This document shows, piece by piece, positions 1 through 9,826 of a DNA stretch of 64,000 nucleotides; within the stretch, counting starts at the first letter, position 1, and every line of letters starts with the position of its first letter. The stretch spans positions 3,146 to 67,145 of the forward strand of contig PWRZ01000181.1 in NCBI GenBank assembly GCA_003563385.1. The letters are read 5' to 3'. A program made the translations under genes and the position numbers. Under the pieces are notes generated by a model that worked only from the letters and a program-made list of their open reading frames with translations, was not told the origin of the DNA and searched no databases. Origin of the DNA: Syntrophomonadaceae bacterium. Its GTDB lineage: Bacteria; Bacillota; Dethiobacteria; DTU022; UBA8154.

Positions 1-546
1 CAGCAGTGCTCCGGCGACCGTGCAGTGTTCTTCTCCCATTTGGATGAGGCTTTCCACGGCTTCTTCGGCCGGGAGGAGCCTGTAATATTCTTCTATGGAT
101 TGCGCAAGCAACCCCTCTTCCTTCAGGTATGCAGCCAGTTCCATTTGCACTTCCGGGGAACCGTAAAGGGAAAGGGCCTGCCGGAAATGATCTGTCGATT
201 CTTCAACCTCACCTTTTTTGCTGTGGCGGCGGGCCAATTCCAGGCTGGCGTGGTAGCCAACTGCATCAAGACGGCGGGAAAGCTCCAGCAGGTTGTCTAT
301 GACATGCTGTCCCTCTTCTTCCTGCAGTTCTTCCAGCAGCAATATGTGGCGCAGCTCTTCCGGGACAGCATTGGCTGCCGCATTATTGTAATTCCGCTCT
401 TGGTCCGGCCTTTCGGAACTGGGGGCAGCTGCTTGCCGGGAGAAGACATCCATTAATATGCAGGAAAAGCTGCCCAGGAACCATAAAGCCGAGCACAGCA
501 GCAGAAGCAACAGGAATCCTTTTTTTCGCGACATTTTCCGTGACAT
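1..546 (-). CDS. Partial CDS (N-terminal part; the rest lies beyond the window start). Secreted or membrane-anchored hypothetical protein whose N-terminus has a signal-peptide-like segment
   Basis: Reverse-complement reading from ATG ~546 gives MSRKMSRKKGFLLLLLLCSALWFLGS... with a basic n-region and a hydrophobic core, open to position 1. The + strand ORF 25..456 is its shadow. Confidence 0.4.
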   Translation of the reverse strand, partial: MSRKMSRKKGFLLLLLLCSALWFLGSFSCILMDVFSRQAAAPSSERPDQERNYNNAAANAVPEELRHILLLEELQEEEGQHVIDNLLELSRRLDAVGYHASLELARRHSKKGEVEESTDHFRQALSLYGSPEVQMELAAYLKEEGLLAQSIEEYYRLLPAEEAVESLIQMGEEHCTVAGALL

Positions 547-795
547 AATGAATCTCCCAGTATTATTTATAAAAGCAGCGGTTCGGTTTGTGTCGTTTAG
601 ATAAATTATTTGTCAAAAATAAGCTGTTTTGCTTACTAATTCTACAAATGCCTGCGGTATCCTTTCTTATCTTGAATACGAAGAAGGAAATGGGGCAGGA
701 GAGTTGAAATAATTATGGTGAACCATTTTTTTTTTTGCAGCGCTTTTTACTTTAAGGGCCTTCTTTGAAAGGGCCTTTATTGAGGTGATATAGGC

Positions 796-1212
796 TTGAA
801 TATTGCTTTTTTTCTTATACCGAAGAAAGAAGTGGTCTGCCTGTCTTTAAAAAACACGATGCGCCAGGCCATGGAAAAAATGGAGTACCACCGCTATTCC
901 GCGGTGCCGCTCATTGACAGTGATGGTAAATACGCGGGTACGATTACAGAAGGGGACCTGCTGTGGAAGCTGAAAAATACCCCCGGGTTGAATTTCGGCA
1001 ACGCCGAAAATGTGCTGCTGTATGATGTTCCGCGGAGGATGGAAAACTCGCCGGTGCGCATTGAAGCCAATATCAACGACCTTTTTTCACTGGTTATAAC
1101 CCAGAACTTCGTTCCTGTAGTTGACGACAGCGGCATATTTATCGGTATGATCAGGAGAAGGGAAATCATCGAGTACCTTTTGAATAAGCTGCGGGATAAA
1201 AAAGTTGAGTGA
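796..1212 (+). CDS. CBS domain pair protein
   Basis: The ...SAVPLIDSDGKYAGTITEGDLL... and ...VPVVDDSGIFIGMIRRREII... stretches are typical tandem CBS motifs. TTG start at 796, alternative ATG ~859. Confidence 0.7.
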   Translation: MNIAFFLIPKKEVVCLSLKNTMRQAMEKMEYHRYSAVPLIDSDGKYAGTITEGDLLWKLKNTPGLNFGNAENVLLYDVPRRMENSPVRIEANINDLFSLVITQNFVPVVDDSGIFIGMIRRREIIEYLLNKLRDKKVE

Positions 1213-1287
1213 GCGGCCATACGGCGGGCAGGTTTTAAAATACTGGGGAGAAAGCATATCACAGGCACTGTAACAGGGGGTATTCTT

Positions 1288-2388
1288 ATGGAAATCATTG
1301 AGACTCTGCTTAATGTATACTTGTGGAAGCAGATAGGTATTGCTGCAGCCATTTTTTTCGTGTTTCTGCTCATAAGGAGAGTTTTTGTCCGCTATGTCCT
1401 CAAAACCGTGTTTAAGCTGCTGCAGAGAAGCAAAACGGACCTGGATGTCAAGTTGCTGCTCGCTTTTGAAGGGCCACTGAAGGCTTTTATCGTGGTCCTC
1501 GGCATTTACTTCGCCTTTGTATACCTCCCGCTGACGCCGTACCAGGACCTGCTCGTCTTGAAGTTTTTCCGCGGTTTTATTATTGCCATTATTACGTGGG
1601 CATTGTATAACCTCATTGGCGCCTACCTGTTCGAAGAGCTCGGCAGCAAGCTGGGCCTTCAAATAGATAAAATACTGATCCCCTTTTTGACAAAAGTGCT
1701 CCGTTTTATCGTCATTGTGCTCGGTCTGAGCATAATAGCCCAGGAGTGGGGTTACAACGTGAGCGGTTTTATAGCCGGTTTGGGGCTCGGGGGGCTCGCT
1801 TTTGCCCTGGCAGCCAAGGATGCCATTGCCAACATCTTTGGCGGGATCGTAATTATTACCGACAAGCCGTTTTCCATTGGCGATTGGATCCTTACACCCA
1901 GCGTTGAGGGGACGGTGGAAGACATTTCCTTCAGGAGTACGAAAGTGAGAACTTTTGCCAATGCGCTGGTAACGGTTCCCAACGCCACCCTTTCCAATGA
2001 GGCCATTACAAACTGGACCAGGATGGGAAAGCGCAGGGTAAGCTTTTACCTTGGAGTTACCTATACCACGACCAGGGAAAAGCTGGAGCAGTGCGTTAAA
2101 GAAATAAAGGATTTGCTCGTCAATCACCCCGAGGTGCACAAGGAAACGATATTTGTCCACTTTAACGATTTTAACGACAGCAGCCTGGATATTTTTATCT
2201 ATTTTTTTACCGTCACTACGGTCTGGGGCGAGTACCTGCGGGTAAGGGAGGATATCAATCTTAAAATCATGAGAATACTTGAGGGTAAGGGGGTGTCCAT
2301 AGCATTTCCCAGCAGGAGCATATACATGGAGTCACCGGTCAACTATTATCCTGTTAATATTCCCAGCAAGAATGATGAAAAAACCTGA
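1288..2388 (+). CDS. mscS: Small-conductance mechanosensitive channel (MscS family)
   Basis: N-terminal TM helices followed by the conserved MscS beta-domain signature (..ITDKPFSIGDWI..TVEDISFRSTKVRT..). Confidence 0.85.
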   Translation: MEIIETLLNVYLWKQIGIAAAIFFVFLLIRRVFVRYVLKTVFKLLQRSKTDLDVKLLLAFEGPLKAFIVVLGIYFAFVYLPLTPYQDLLVLKFFRGFIIAIITWALYNLIGAYLFEELGSKLGLQIDKILIPFLTKVLRFIVIVLGLSIIAQEWGYNVSGFIAGLGLGGLAFALAAKDAIANIFGGIVIITDKPFSIGDWILTPSVEGTVEDISFRSTKVRTFANALVTVPNATLSNEAITNWTRMGKRRVSFYLGVTYTTTREKLEQCVKEIKDLLVNHPEVHKETIFVHFNDFNDSSLDIFIYFFTVTTVWGEYLRVREDINLKIMRILEGKGVSIAFPSRSIYMESPVNYYPVNIPSKNDEKT

Positions 2389-2592
2389 AACCTTAAGAGG
2401 GCCTGGTAATAACGCATCACTGCCAGGCTCAGTTTTCCTTGCTATACTTTTCAAATATAGCGATGCCGAAGAAGAGAATGAGTTGAATGGAATTCAAAAA
2501 AAGTAGAGACAATGTACCGTTGTTAACCGTTCTGTGGTTATACCGGCGCCCTTCGGCTGCCGGCAGCTTCAATTCCAGTTGAGCGAGCGGGG

Positions 2593-2913
2593 GTGGCCGG
2601 AATGAAAGTGATTAGAAAAGATGACTGTACGGTCGTTGTAATCCTCGAAAAAACAATGGATATCCTTAACTCGTCCCAGTTAAAAGAAAGCCTCAAAAAG
2701 CTCTACGAGGAAGGGGTCAGCGAAATAAAGGTTGATTTTAGCAATACCAGTTATATTGACGGGACCTGCCTTGGCAAGCTGCTCATGTTCCAGGGGATGC
2801 TCAAAAAGAGGCACGGCTCGCTGAGCATAATAAATGTACAGAGCGAGTACCTGCGCAGCTTGTTTGAGATGATTAACATTGACAGGGTCATTGATGTTGA
2901 TTACAAGAAATAA
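2593..2913 (+). CDS. STAS domain protein (anti-sigma factor antagonist, SpoIIAA/RsbV-like)
   Basis: 106 aa with the conserved STAS core (..VDFSNTSYIDGTCLGKLL..). No partner anti-sigma kinase is adjacent. Confidence 0.75.
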   Translation: MAGMKVIRKDDCTVVVILEKTMDILNSSQLKESLKKLYEEGVSEIKVDFSNTSYIDGTCLGKLLMFQGMLKKRHGSLSIINVQSEYLRSLFEMINIDRVIDVDYKK

Positions 2914-4851
2914 TTATACAGGGATATATTCGCACATCTGGTAGCAGTGCTCCGGCAATTCTTTTAAAAACTGGGAGGGGCCGCTGAAGTGTTTTTCCCA
3001 GCCCCTGTAATCGACCTCAGAGGTGGCCAGGTAAAGGAAGTCCTTTGCCCTGGTCGCGGCAACGTAAAAAAGGCGCCTTTCTTCCTCCATGTTTTTGAGG
3101 CCCTGCATTGAAGGGAAGCTTCCCTGGTTTAAACCGATAACAAAAACAACTTTCCACTCTTTGCCCTTGGCGCTGTGTATGGTGGACAGGGTCAGGAAAT
3201 CCTTTTCCGGGCTTTCTTCTCTTTCCCCCTCCAGGATGAGCGTTTCCTCCAGCAGCAGGGTTTCCAAGAACTGCCGCAGCGAGGAACAGCGTTCACCGTA
3301 GGCGGCAAGCCTTTCCAGGCTCCTGGAGCGTTCCCTGTAGTCGAGAGGGTATTTTTTCTGCATGTAGCCGCCGTAAAAGTTGTCAACGATCAGCTTTATA
3401 AGAAGGGGCACGTTTTCGGTGTCCGCATGGAGCAGCTTTCCCATTGTTTCCGACAAAAGCTTCCAGCCGGCTGCACCGCGGCGGGGGACCACTTTCCCCT
3501 GGGCGGCCGCCCTTGCGGGATGGAGAAAGGAGCGCAGCTTCTGCCAGGTTTCCCGGAAGGTGCTTTCGCCGACTCCTTCACACATCAGGGCCACGCGCTG
3601 CCATGAAATCTCGTCGCAGGGGTTTTCCAGTATCTTAAGCCAGGCGAGCAGGTCTTTTATGTGCGCGCGCTGCAAAAATTTCAAGCCCCCAAAAGTGAGA
3701 TAAGGAATTCCTCTTTTCATCAACGCTATTTCGGTGTCCTGTGCCAGGTAGGAGCTGCGGTACAGGACGGCCATCTCCCTGAGGTCAATGCCTTCGCTGT
3801 AGAGCTCTTCTACGGTATCGGCAACGAAGCCGGCTTCCTGCATATTTCCAGGTGCCCTGTAGACAAGCGGTATTTCCCCTGCTTCCCGCACCGAGTACAG
3901 TTCCTTCGGAAACTGCTCCTTGTTGTGAGCTATAGAGCAGTTGGCCAGCATCAAGATCTGCGGGGTGCTGCGGTAGTTCTCTACCAGCTTGATTACCGTG
4001 CATTGAGGATGCTTTACGGGGAAGTTAAGCAGGTTGGTAATCTCCGCGCACCGAAAGCCGTATATGGACTGGGCGTCATCTCCTACCACGCAGGTGGAAC
4101 CCTTTCCCCCCAGTATGGAAATAAGCTGTTCCTGCACCGTGTTGGTGTCCTGATACTCGTCTACCAGGGTGTGGCCGAACTGTTCCTGGTAACGGTTTTT
4201 GACATGCTCGTTTTCCTGCAGCAGCTTTAACCAGGCTGTCAGCAGGTCATAAAAATCAAAGGCATTGGCCAGCATTTTTTTGTTCTCCAGCGTTTTTTCC
4301 ACTACGGTAAACAGGGAGATGTAATCTTCAAGCTCCGGGGTCCTGGTGCAAATATACGATTCTATTCCCAGGGCTGAATTGCGCGCCGAGCTGAGCACTT
4401 TGCCGAGCACACTTCTTTTAATGAAAAGACTGCGCTCTGCCGGTTTAAGATCGACTTTCAGCTCCGAAAGGGAAGATTTGATCATGGCATTGCGGTCATC
4501 TTCGTCCAGGATGGTAAAGTTGGAACTCCTGTTCACCAGGGAGGCGTGGCGCCGTAAAATCCTGGCCCCGATGCTGTGGAATGTTCCAGCCCACAGCCGG
4601 GGCGGCAGCTCTCCGAGTATATCTTTGACGCGCTCTTTCATCTCCCCGGCGGCCTTATTGGTAAATGTTACCAGTAATATGTTTTCGGGGGACACTCCTT
4701 CGCGGAGCAGGTTTGCCAGCCGGTAGGTCAGGGACCTTGTCTTTCCCGAACCGGGACCGGCTATGCCCAGTATGCTTGAATTGTGCTCTGTCGCGAACAG
4801 GTACTGCTGGGGGTTTAAGTCGCGGCGGAGCTGCCTGTACCATTCATTCAA
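2914..4851 (-). CDS. UvrD/PcrA/Rep-family ATP-dependent DNA helicase
   Basis: Walker A GPGSGKT, motif VDEYQDTN and helicase motifs IV-VI. 645 aa. Confidence 0.85.
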   Translation of the reverse strand: MNEWYRQLRRDLNPQQYLFATEHNSSILGIAGPGSGKTRSLTYRLANLLREGVSPENILLVTFTNKAAGEMKERVKDILGELPPRLWAGTFHSIGARILRRHASLVNRSSNFTILDEDDRNAMIKSSLSELKVDLKPAERSLFIKRSVLGKVLSSARNSALGIESYICTRTPELEDYISLFTVVEKTLENKKMLANAFDFYDLLTAWLKLLQENEHVKNRYQEQFGHTLVDEYQDTNTVQEQLISILGGKGSTCVVGDDAQSIYGFRCAEITNLLNFPVKHPQCTVIKLVENYRSTPQILMLANCSIAHNKEQFPKELYSVREAGEIPLVYRAPGNMQEAGFVADTVEELYSEGIDLREMAVLYRSSYLAQDTEIALMKRGIPYLTFGGLKFLQRAHIKDLLAWLKILENPCDEISWQRVALMCEGVGESTFRETWQKLRSFLHPARAAAQGKVVPRRGAAGWKLLSETMGKLLHADTENVPLLIKLIVDNFYGGYMQKKYPLDYRERSRSLERLAAYGERCSSLRQFLETLLLEETLILEGEREESPEKDFLTLSTIHSAKGKEWKVVFVIGLNQGSFPSMQGLKNMEEERRLFYVAATRAKDFLYLATSEVDYRGWEKHFSGPSQFLKELPEHCYQMCEYIPV

Positions 4852-5018
4852 GGGGTTATCACCTCTTCGGCATTATTGACGGGAAGTCCAAAAGGGCAAC
4901 ACTTTTCAACAGCCCACAATAAAGGTATAATCTCCTAAAAGAGCACCTCTTTTTCCTAAATAGAGCAGTTCTATATTATATATTAAAATTCCTCTTTACG
5001 TCGGGGGGCTTATGAAAT

Positions 5019-5471
5019 ATGGTTTATGTGGGTGTAATCGGTTCGGGATCATGCAGTCCCCGGGAGGGGCTTCTGGCCTACGAAGTAGGGGCGGAGATTG
5101 CCCGCAGGGGAGCACTGCTGGTTTGCGGGGGATTGGGAGGCGTTATGGAGCAGGCCTGCCGGGGATGCATGGAGGCGGGAGGTGTAACCCTGGGCATACT
5201 GCCGGGGACGAGGCGAAAAGAGGCCAACCCTTACGTCAGCTATGCCCTCACTACCGGTATGGGCGAGATGCGTAATTTTTTGGTGGTGCGCTGCAGTGAT
5301 GTGTTGATTGCCGTGACCGGCGGTTACGGTACCCTATCGGAGACGTCTATTGCCCTTAAGGAAGGGAAAAAAGTTGTTGCCCTGCAGTTTCCCTTTGCCC
5401 TGCCCGATACACTGAGGGCCGGTTCGCCTGTAGAGGCCGTGGAAATGGCCCTTAAGGGACAGGAGAGATGA
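5019..5471 (+). CDS. TIGR00725 / LOG-like Rossmann-fold protein
   Basis: VGVIGSG...GGLGGVMEQ...AVTGGYGTLSE pattern of the LOG/TIGR00725 family. Confidence 0.65.
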   Translation: MVYVGVIGSGSCSPREGLLAYEVGAEIARRGALLVCGGLGGVMEQACRGCMEAGGVTLGILPGTRRKEANPYVSYALTTGMGEMRNFLVVRCSDVLIAVTGGYGTLSETSIALKEGKKVVALQFPFALPDTLRAGSPVEAVEMALKGQER

Positions 5472-5516
5472 GAGATATTTTGATACGGGAAGGAGGAGAT
5501 AGCCCTGGAACCGGAA

Positions 5517-6182
5517 ATGATTATGGCGGGTGTTTACCTGGTTGGCGGCCCCGGCCTTTCCGCCCCGGAGGACTGCAACGTTTATCTGCTGGAAAACGAG
5601 GGAGAGCTGCTGATGATCGATTGCGGCTGCGGGCTATCGGTGGAGAGGATTTTTTTGAACATGGAGAAATTGTGGCTTTCTCCCGGTGATATAGGCACTT
5701 TAATACTGACGCATGCCCACGTCGACCACGGGGGAGGGGCGGCCGAAATAGTATCAAGGGTCGGCGCCCGGGTTATCGCCCATCGCGGTGATGTTGATGC
5801 CCTGGAAGGAAGGGACATTGTTAAAACTGCTGCCGGGCTGTACGGTATTGACTATAAACCGGTGCGCGTAGACCGGGTTGTTGACGGAGAAAAGGAAACA
5901 GTCAACCTGGGCCGGCAGGAGCTGCAACTGCTGCACACGCCCGGTCACACACAGGGGAGCATCGTTGTCTGGGGAGATTTCCCCGGGGGCAGGGTCCTGT
6001 TCGGCCAGGATATACACGGCCCTATTAACCCTTCATGGGGCTCTGACTGGGACCAGTGGCAGGCTTCGTTGAAAAAACTGCTGCAGCTGAAAGCCGATTA
6101 CCTGGGGGAAGGTCATTACGGTATTATTTGTCCCGCCCAGAAAGTGCAGCGCTTCATAGCCGATTTTATTGACGAAGAATGA
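5517..6182 (+). CDS. MBL-fold metallo-hydrolase
   Basis: HAHVDHGGG (HxHxDH) zinc-binding motif and a later LLHTPGHT motif. Confidence 0.8.
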   Translation: MIMAGVYLVGGPGLSAPEDCNVYLLENEGELLMIDCGCGLSVERIFLNMEKLWLSPGDIGTLILTHAHVDHGGGAAEIVSRVGARVIAHRGDVDALEGRDIVKTAAGLYGIDYKPVRVDRVVDGEKETVNLGRQELQLLHTPGHTQGSIVVWGDFPGGRVLFGQDIHGPINPSWGSDWDQWQASLKKLLQLKADYLGEGHYGIICPAQKVQRFIADFIDEE

Positions 6183-6202
6183 CGCTGAATAGATGATAAA
6201 TA

Positions 6203-6233
6203 AAACCCGCTTCCAGGTAGGAAGAAGCGGGCC
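6203..6233. terminator. Bidirectional stem-loop terminator between convergent genes
   Basis: CCCGCTTCC...GGAAGAAGCGGG stem (~8-9 bp). A T-rich tract follows on the - strand side (TTTTATTTAT), serving the cotF-like gene; the + side is weaker. Confidence 0.45.
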
Positions 6234-6297
6234 GCTTTAGGAATTTAGGAACTTTTTGATCGAGACAGGCTGCAGCTCTGTCTGCGCGGGGGACGCC

Positions 6298-6540
6298 TCA
6301 GCGCTGCGGCTGCATTTCGTCCAGGATCATGGGCACTTTGTACCAGCCTTTCTTATTCATGACCTCGAAAATATCCTGGTGGTCCCTCAGGCACTGGTCG
6401 TGGAAGTCTGTGAATGTTTGACGCAGGTTCTGGTCCTGTGATTCGAGGATCGCCATCATGTATCCATGTGCCATCTGCTTGGCACCTGTTAACACGTCGC
6501 CGGCAATGTCTTTGTCGGTAAGTTGATGATGATGGGGCAT
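6298..6540 (-). CDS. Spore coat protein, CotF-like (Coat_F domain)
   Basis: 80 aa, helical, His/Gln-rich, with the CotF-like pattern ..AHGYMMAILES...NLRQTFTDFHDQ... Confidence 0.6.
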   Translation of the reverse strand: MPHHHQLTDKDIAGDVLTGAKQMAHGYMMAILESQDQNLRQTFTDFHDQCLRDHQDIFEVMNKKGWYKVPMILDEMQPQR

Positions 6541-6597
6541 TTTCTGGCCTCCTTGCTTGTTAGTTCAGGTCGCTGTTTTGCTGTTTGGATAGGGTGC

Positions 6598-6831
6598 CTA
6601 TGAAAGCAGGTGACCGCCCCCGGCTTCCTGTAAAATTGAGGAAAGGCGGTTTGCCCTCTCCTGGCACTGGCTGCCCATCTGGCTGATCAGGCTTTTCATG
6701 GAAGGGTCTTGAACCTGGTTGGCGTAGGCATTGAGCTTTTTGGCACACAGTGATTCGCCCTGGTACTGGTGAAAGAGGGACATAAACTCCGCTTTGCCAA
6801 TGTTCTTTATACCTGTTCTCGCGGTTTGCAT
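6598..6831 (-). CDS. Spore coat protein, CotF-like (paralogue of the preceding gene)
   Basis: 77 aa with a similar pattern (..LNAYANQVQDPSMKSLISQMGSQCQERANRL..). It is tandem with 6298..6540. Confidence 0.55.
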   Translation of the reverse strand: MQTARTGIKNIGKAEFMSLFHQYQGESLCAKKLNAYANQVQDPSMKSLISQMGSQCQERANRLSSILQEAGGGHLLS

Positions 6832-7044
6832 TGCCTGCCTCCTTTCTTAAATGTTTCATTTTAGGTTATCCATAAGAAAATTAACTATGCAGTGCAAAAA
6901 AAGGTAAGAAATGCGTAGCTGAGCGGCACCACCATTCACGGGTGGTGACAGTATAAATGTGCCGGGGCATTATGGCGGGCGGTTGTCCTGCTCTAACTGG
7001 CAGGAGAGCTTACTACTTACTGTTAAAAAAAAGAGGTGATCTGG

Positions 7045-8007
7045 ATGTTCGAGCTGGCAGACAGGTTTAGCGGTGCCCTTTTGGGCACGCATGTCGGGGA
7101 TGCGCTGGGAATGCCTGTAGAGGGATATTCACCGCATTATATCCGCAGCAGCTTCGGCGAGGTAAGAGAGATGCTCGAAGCGCGGCTGGGAGCGGGTACC
7201 TATACCGACGATACGGAGATGATGATCGCGGTGGCGGAAAGCCTGGTCAGAAAAAGGGGCTTTGACGGTGAAGATATGGCGCAGTCGTTCCTGGAAAATT
7301 TTGACCCCCGCAGGGGTTACGGTGCCGGAACCGTAAGCGCGCTGAAGCTGATTCGCTCCGGCGTAAGATGGGACCTGGCGGGAAGCAGAGTGTTTGAAGG
7401 CGGTTCGTACGGTAACGGTTCGGCAATGCGCATTGCACCTGTCGGCTGCCTTTATCACCATGACCTGCAGAAGCTTAAAGAGGTTGCTTTTGCTTCCAGC
7501 TCAATTACCCATGCCCACAGCCACGGGAAAGAAGGGGCTGCCCTGCAGGCCTGTGCGGTTGCCCTTGCAGTGAGATCCGGGCCGGGCCGGGGCCTGGATG
7601 TAAAAGAATACCTCGCTGCCATAAAACAGTTTCTGGATCCCGGCTCGGTGTACCGAGCGAAGCTGCAGCTGGTCGAGGAGCTGCTGCAGGGGAAAGCCCC
7701 CTTTGATGAGGTTGTCCAGGAGCTGGGACACGACAGCAGGGCCCTTTATTCCGTTCCCACGGCCATATACTCATTTTTACGCCATCACGAAGACTTTGAA
7801 GAGGCCCTTGTCTATGCCGTGGGGCTGGGAGGGGATACCGACACCATTGCGGCCATGGCCGGGGCCATTGCCGGGGGCTATCACGGTAAAAAGGCCATAC
7901 CGGTGCGCTGGCTGCAGGCCCTCGAAAGGGGTCCCAAAGGGGCAAATTATATTGAGGAGCTTGCCTTGAAGCTGTGCCGGCTGCACAGGGAGATTGTTTC
8001 TCCGTAG
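7045..8007 (+). CDS. ADP-ribosylglycohydrolase family protein (DraG/ARH-like)
   Basis: GALLGTHVGDALGMPVEG, TDDTEM and C-terminal GGDTDTIAAMAGAIAG motifs. AGAGGTGA Shine-Dalgarno 6 nt before the ATG at 7045. Confidence 0.8.
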   Translation: MFELADRFSGALLGTHVGDALGMPVEGYSPHYIRSSFGEVREMLEARLGAGTYTDDTEMMIAVAESLVRKRGFDGEDMAQSFLENFDPRRGYGAGTVSALKLIRSGVRWDLAGSRVFEGGSYGNGSAMRIAPVGCLYHHDLQKLKEVAFASSSITHAHSHGKEGAALQACAVALAVRSGPGRGLDVKEYLAAIKQFLDPGSVYRAKLQLVEELLQGKAPFDEVVQELGHDSRALYSVPTAIYSFLRHHEDFEEALVYAVGLGGDTDTIAAMAGAIAGGYHGKKAIPVRWLQALERGPKGANYIEELALKLCRLHREIVSP

Positions 8008-8010
8008 TGG

Positions 8011-8039
8011 ACACATTTGGGGCCGTATAGTATAATGTT
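8011..8039 (+). promoter_or_regulatory. Sigma-A type promoter of cimA (TGGACA-17-TATAAT)
   Basis: gTGGACAcatttggggccgtatagTATAATg lies ~35 nt upstream of the cimA ATG. Confidence 0.45.
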
Positions 8040-8071
8040 TTTAATTATCAGTTTTATAGCTGGAGGTACTT

Positions 8072-9709
8072 ATGTCTGAGATAATACTGTACGATACAAC
8101 TCTAAGAGACGGCGCCCAAAGGGAAGGAATATCCTTTTCCGTTGGGGACAAGATACAGATAGTGAAGCTCCTTGATGAGTTGGGCATCGATTACATTGAA
8201 GGGGGTTGGCCCGGTTCCAACCCCAAGGACCTCGAATTTTTTAACAGTGTAAAAAATCTTAACCTGCAGCATGCCAGGATAGCTGCTTTTGGCAGCACCA
8301 GGAGCGCCAAAGCGCGCGCCGAATCGGACGCCAATGTCAATGCCATGCTGGACGCGGGCACCCCCGTGGTTACCGTGGTGGGCAAAAGCTGGGATTTCCA
8401 CGTCTTCCATGCCCTCGGTACCACGCTTGAGGAAAACCTGGCCATGATTGCCGATACAGTTTCTTTTTTGAAAGGAAAGGGCAAGGAAGTCATCTATGAT
8501 GCGGAGCACTTTTTTGACGGTTTCCTGGAGAATCCCGAGCATGCACTGGCCACTGTCAGGAAGGCGGCTGAAAGCGGCGCTGACTGTATAGTACTCTGTG
8601 ATACAAACGGGGGCACAATGCCCCTGAAGCTGCAGGAGATAATCAATGAAGTGAGAAGGAATGTTGCTACCCCCCTGGGTATTCATGCCCACAACGACAG
8701 CGGGATGGCCGTGGCCAACTCCCTTATTGCACTGCAGGGCGGGGCCGTTCATATTCAGGGCACCATAAACGGCTACGGCGAGAGGTGCGGCAACGCGGAT
8801 CTCTGTTCAATTATCCCTAACATGCACTTCAAGCTGGGGATCAAAAAGTTTAAGCCCGAGCAGCTTAAAAGGCTGACTGAGATTTCCAACACTGTTGCCG
8901 AGCTGGCCAACGTTATTCCACAGGATAACCAGCCCTATGTCGGACGTAACGCCTTTGCCCACAAGGGCGGTATCCACGTTGATGCCGTTGTCAAGCACTC
9001 GCGCACATACGAGCACGCCAACCCCGAAGATGTCGGCAATAAAAGGCGCATTCTGGTCTCCGAACTGGCCGGAAAAAGCAATATCCTCTTCCGGATCAAG
9101 GAAAATAAGATGAAGCTTGTTAACGATTATCCCCAGGCCAGGGAGGTCCTGGACGCCCTTAAAAAGATGGAGCACCAGGGCTACCAGTTTGAAGGGGCGG
9201 AAGGCTCGTTCGAGCTTTTAATCTGGAAGACCATGAAAGCGTATAAGCCCCTTTTCAAGCTGGAGGGATTCCGCGTCATTGTAGACCGGCAGAGGCGCGA
9301 ACAGGAACTGTACGTGGAAGCGACGATCAAGCTGAGGGTTGATGATAAAATTGTGCATACGGCTGCGGAGGGAATCGGCCCTGTAAACGCCATGGATAAC
9401 GCCCTGCGCAAGGCCCTGCAGGAGATTTACCCCGAGCTGGAAAATATCAAGCTGGTCGACTACAAGGTGCGCGTCCTGGACGGCAAGGATGGTACCGCCG
9501 CCAAGGTAAGGGTTCTCATAACTTCCCAGAGCGGCAGCAAAAGATGGGGTACCGTAGGAGTGTCCGAAAACATTATTGAAGCCAGCTGGATTGCCCTGGT
9601 GGACAGTATCGAGTACGGCCTGCTCTGCAACCAGGCCGCTCCCCTTGAAGAATTTAAGAAGGCACTCAAGGAGACAACCTGGGAAGAGGAAAGCGTGGTC
9701 AAGGGATAG
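8072..9709 (+). CDS. cimA: (R)-citramalate synthase
   Basis: [19 protein letters not shown]...[15 protein letters not shown]-terminus is characteristic of the CimA clade of the LeuA family. 545 aa with a LeuA-dimer C-terminus. Confidence 0.8.
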   Translation: MSEIILYDTTLRDGAQREGISFSVGDKIQIVKLLDELGIDYIEGGWPGSNPKDLEFFNSVKNLNLQHARIAAFGSTRSAKARAESDANVNAMLDAGTPVVTVVGKSWDFHVFHALGTTLEENLAMIADTVSFLKGKGKEVIYDAEHFFDGFLENPEHALATVRKAAESGADCIVLCDTNGGTMPLKLQEIINEVRRNVATPLGIHAHNDSGMAVANSLIALQGGAVHIQGTINGYGERCGNADLCSIIPNMHFKLGIKKFKPEQLKRLTEISNTVAELANVIPQDNQPYVGRNAFAHKGGIHVDAVVKHSRTYEHANPEDVGNKRRILVSELAGKSNILFRIKENKMKLVNDYPQAREVLDALKKMEHQGYQFEGAEGSFELLIWKTMKAYKPLFKLEGFRVIVDRQRREQELYVEATIKLRVDDKIVHTAAEGIGPVNAMDNALRKALQEIYPELENIKLVDYKVRVLDGKDGTAAKVRVLITSQSGSKRWGTVGVSENIIEASWIALVDSIEYGLLCNQAAPLEEFKKALKETTWEEESVVKG

Positions 9710-9826
9710 GCGGACTGCTTGCCGGGAGCAGCAGGGAGGAGAGCCGGATGCAGGGCGATTCCCGTTAAAGCTTTAAAGCTAGAAGAGGAGCACAGCGTCT
9801 CAGTAAACCCCCGGGAGGCTTTTATA

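Noticed and set aside
25-456. + strand ORF of 143 aa at the window start
   Set aside because: It has no recognisable features. The opposite strand encodes a protein with a clean signal-peptide N-terminus starting at ~546 and running off the window, so the + ORF is treated as its shadow.
5468-5818. Arg/Pro-rich ORFs overlapping the MBL hydrolase gene (5468..5689, 5521..5757, 5582..5818)
   Set aside because: These are alternative-frame shadows of a well-supported MBL-fold CDS in a GC-rich stretch.
9719-9826. ORF-track 5' extensions of the first M42 gene (9719), the DUF2520 gene (12955), rpsB (26575), xerC (22431), dapA (51604) and dxr (31576)
   Set aside because: In each case a downstream start with a good Shine-Dalgarno matches the family N-terminus. 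For 12955 and 26575 a near-consensus promoter lies inside the extension.
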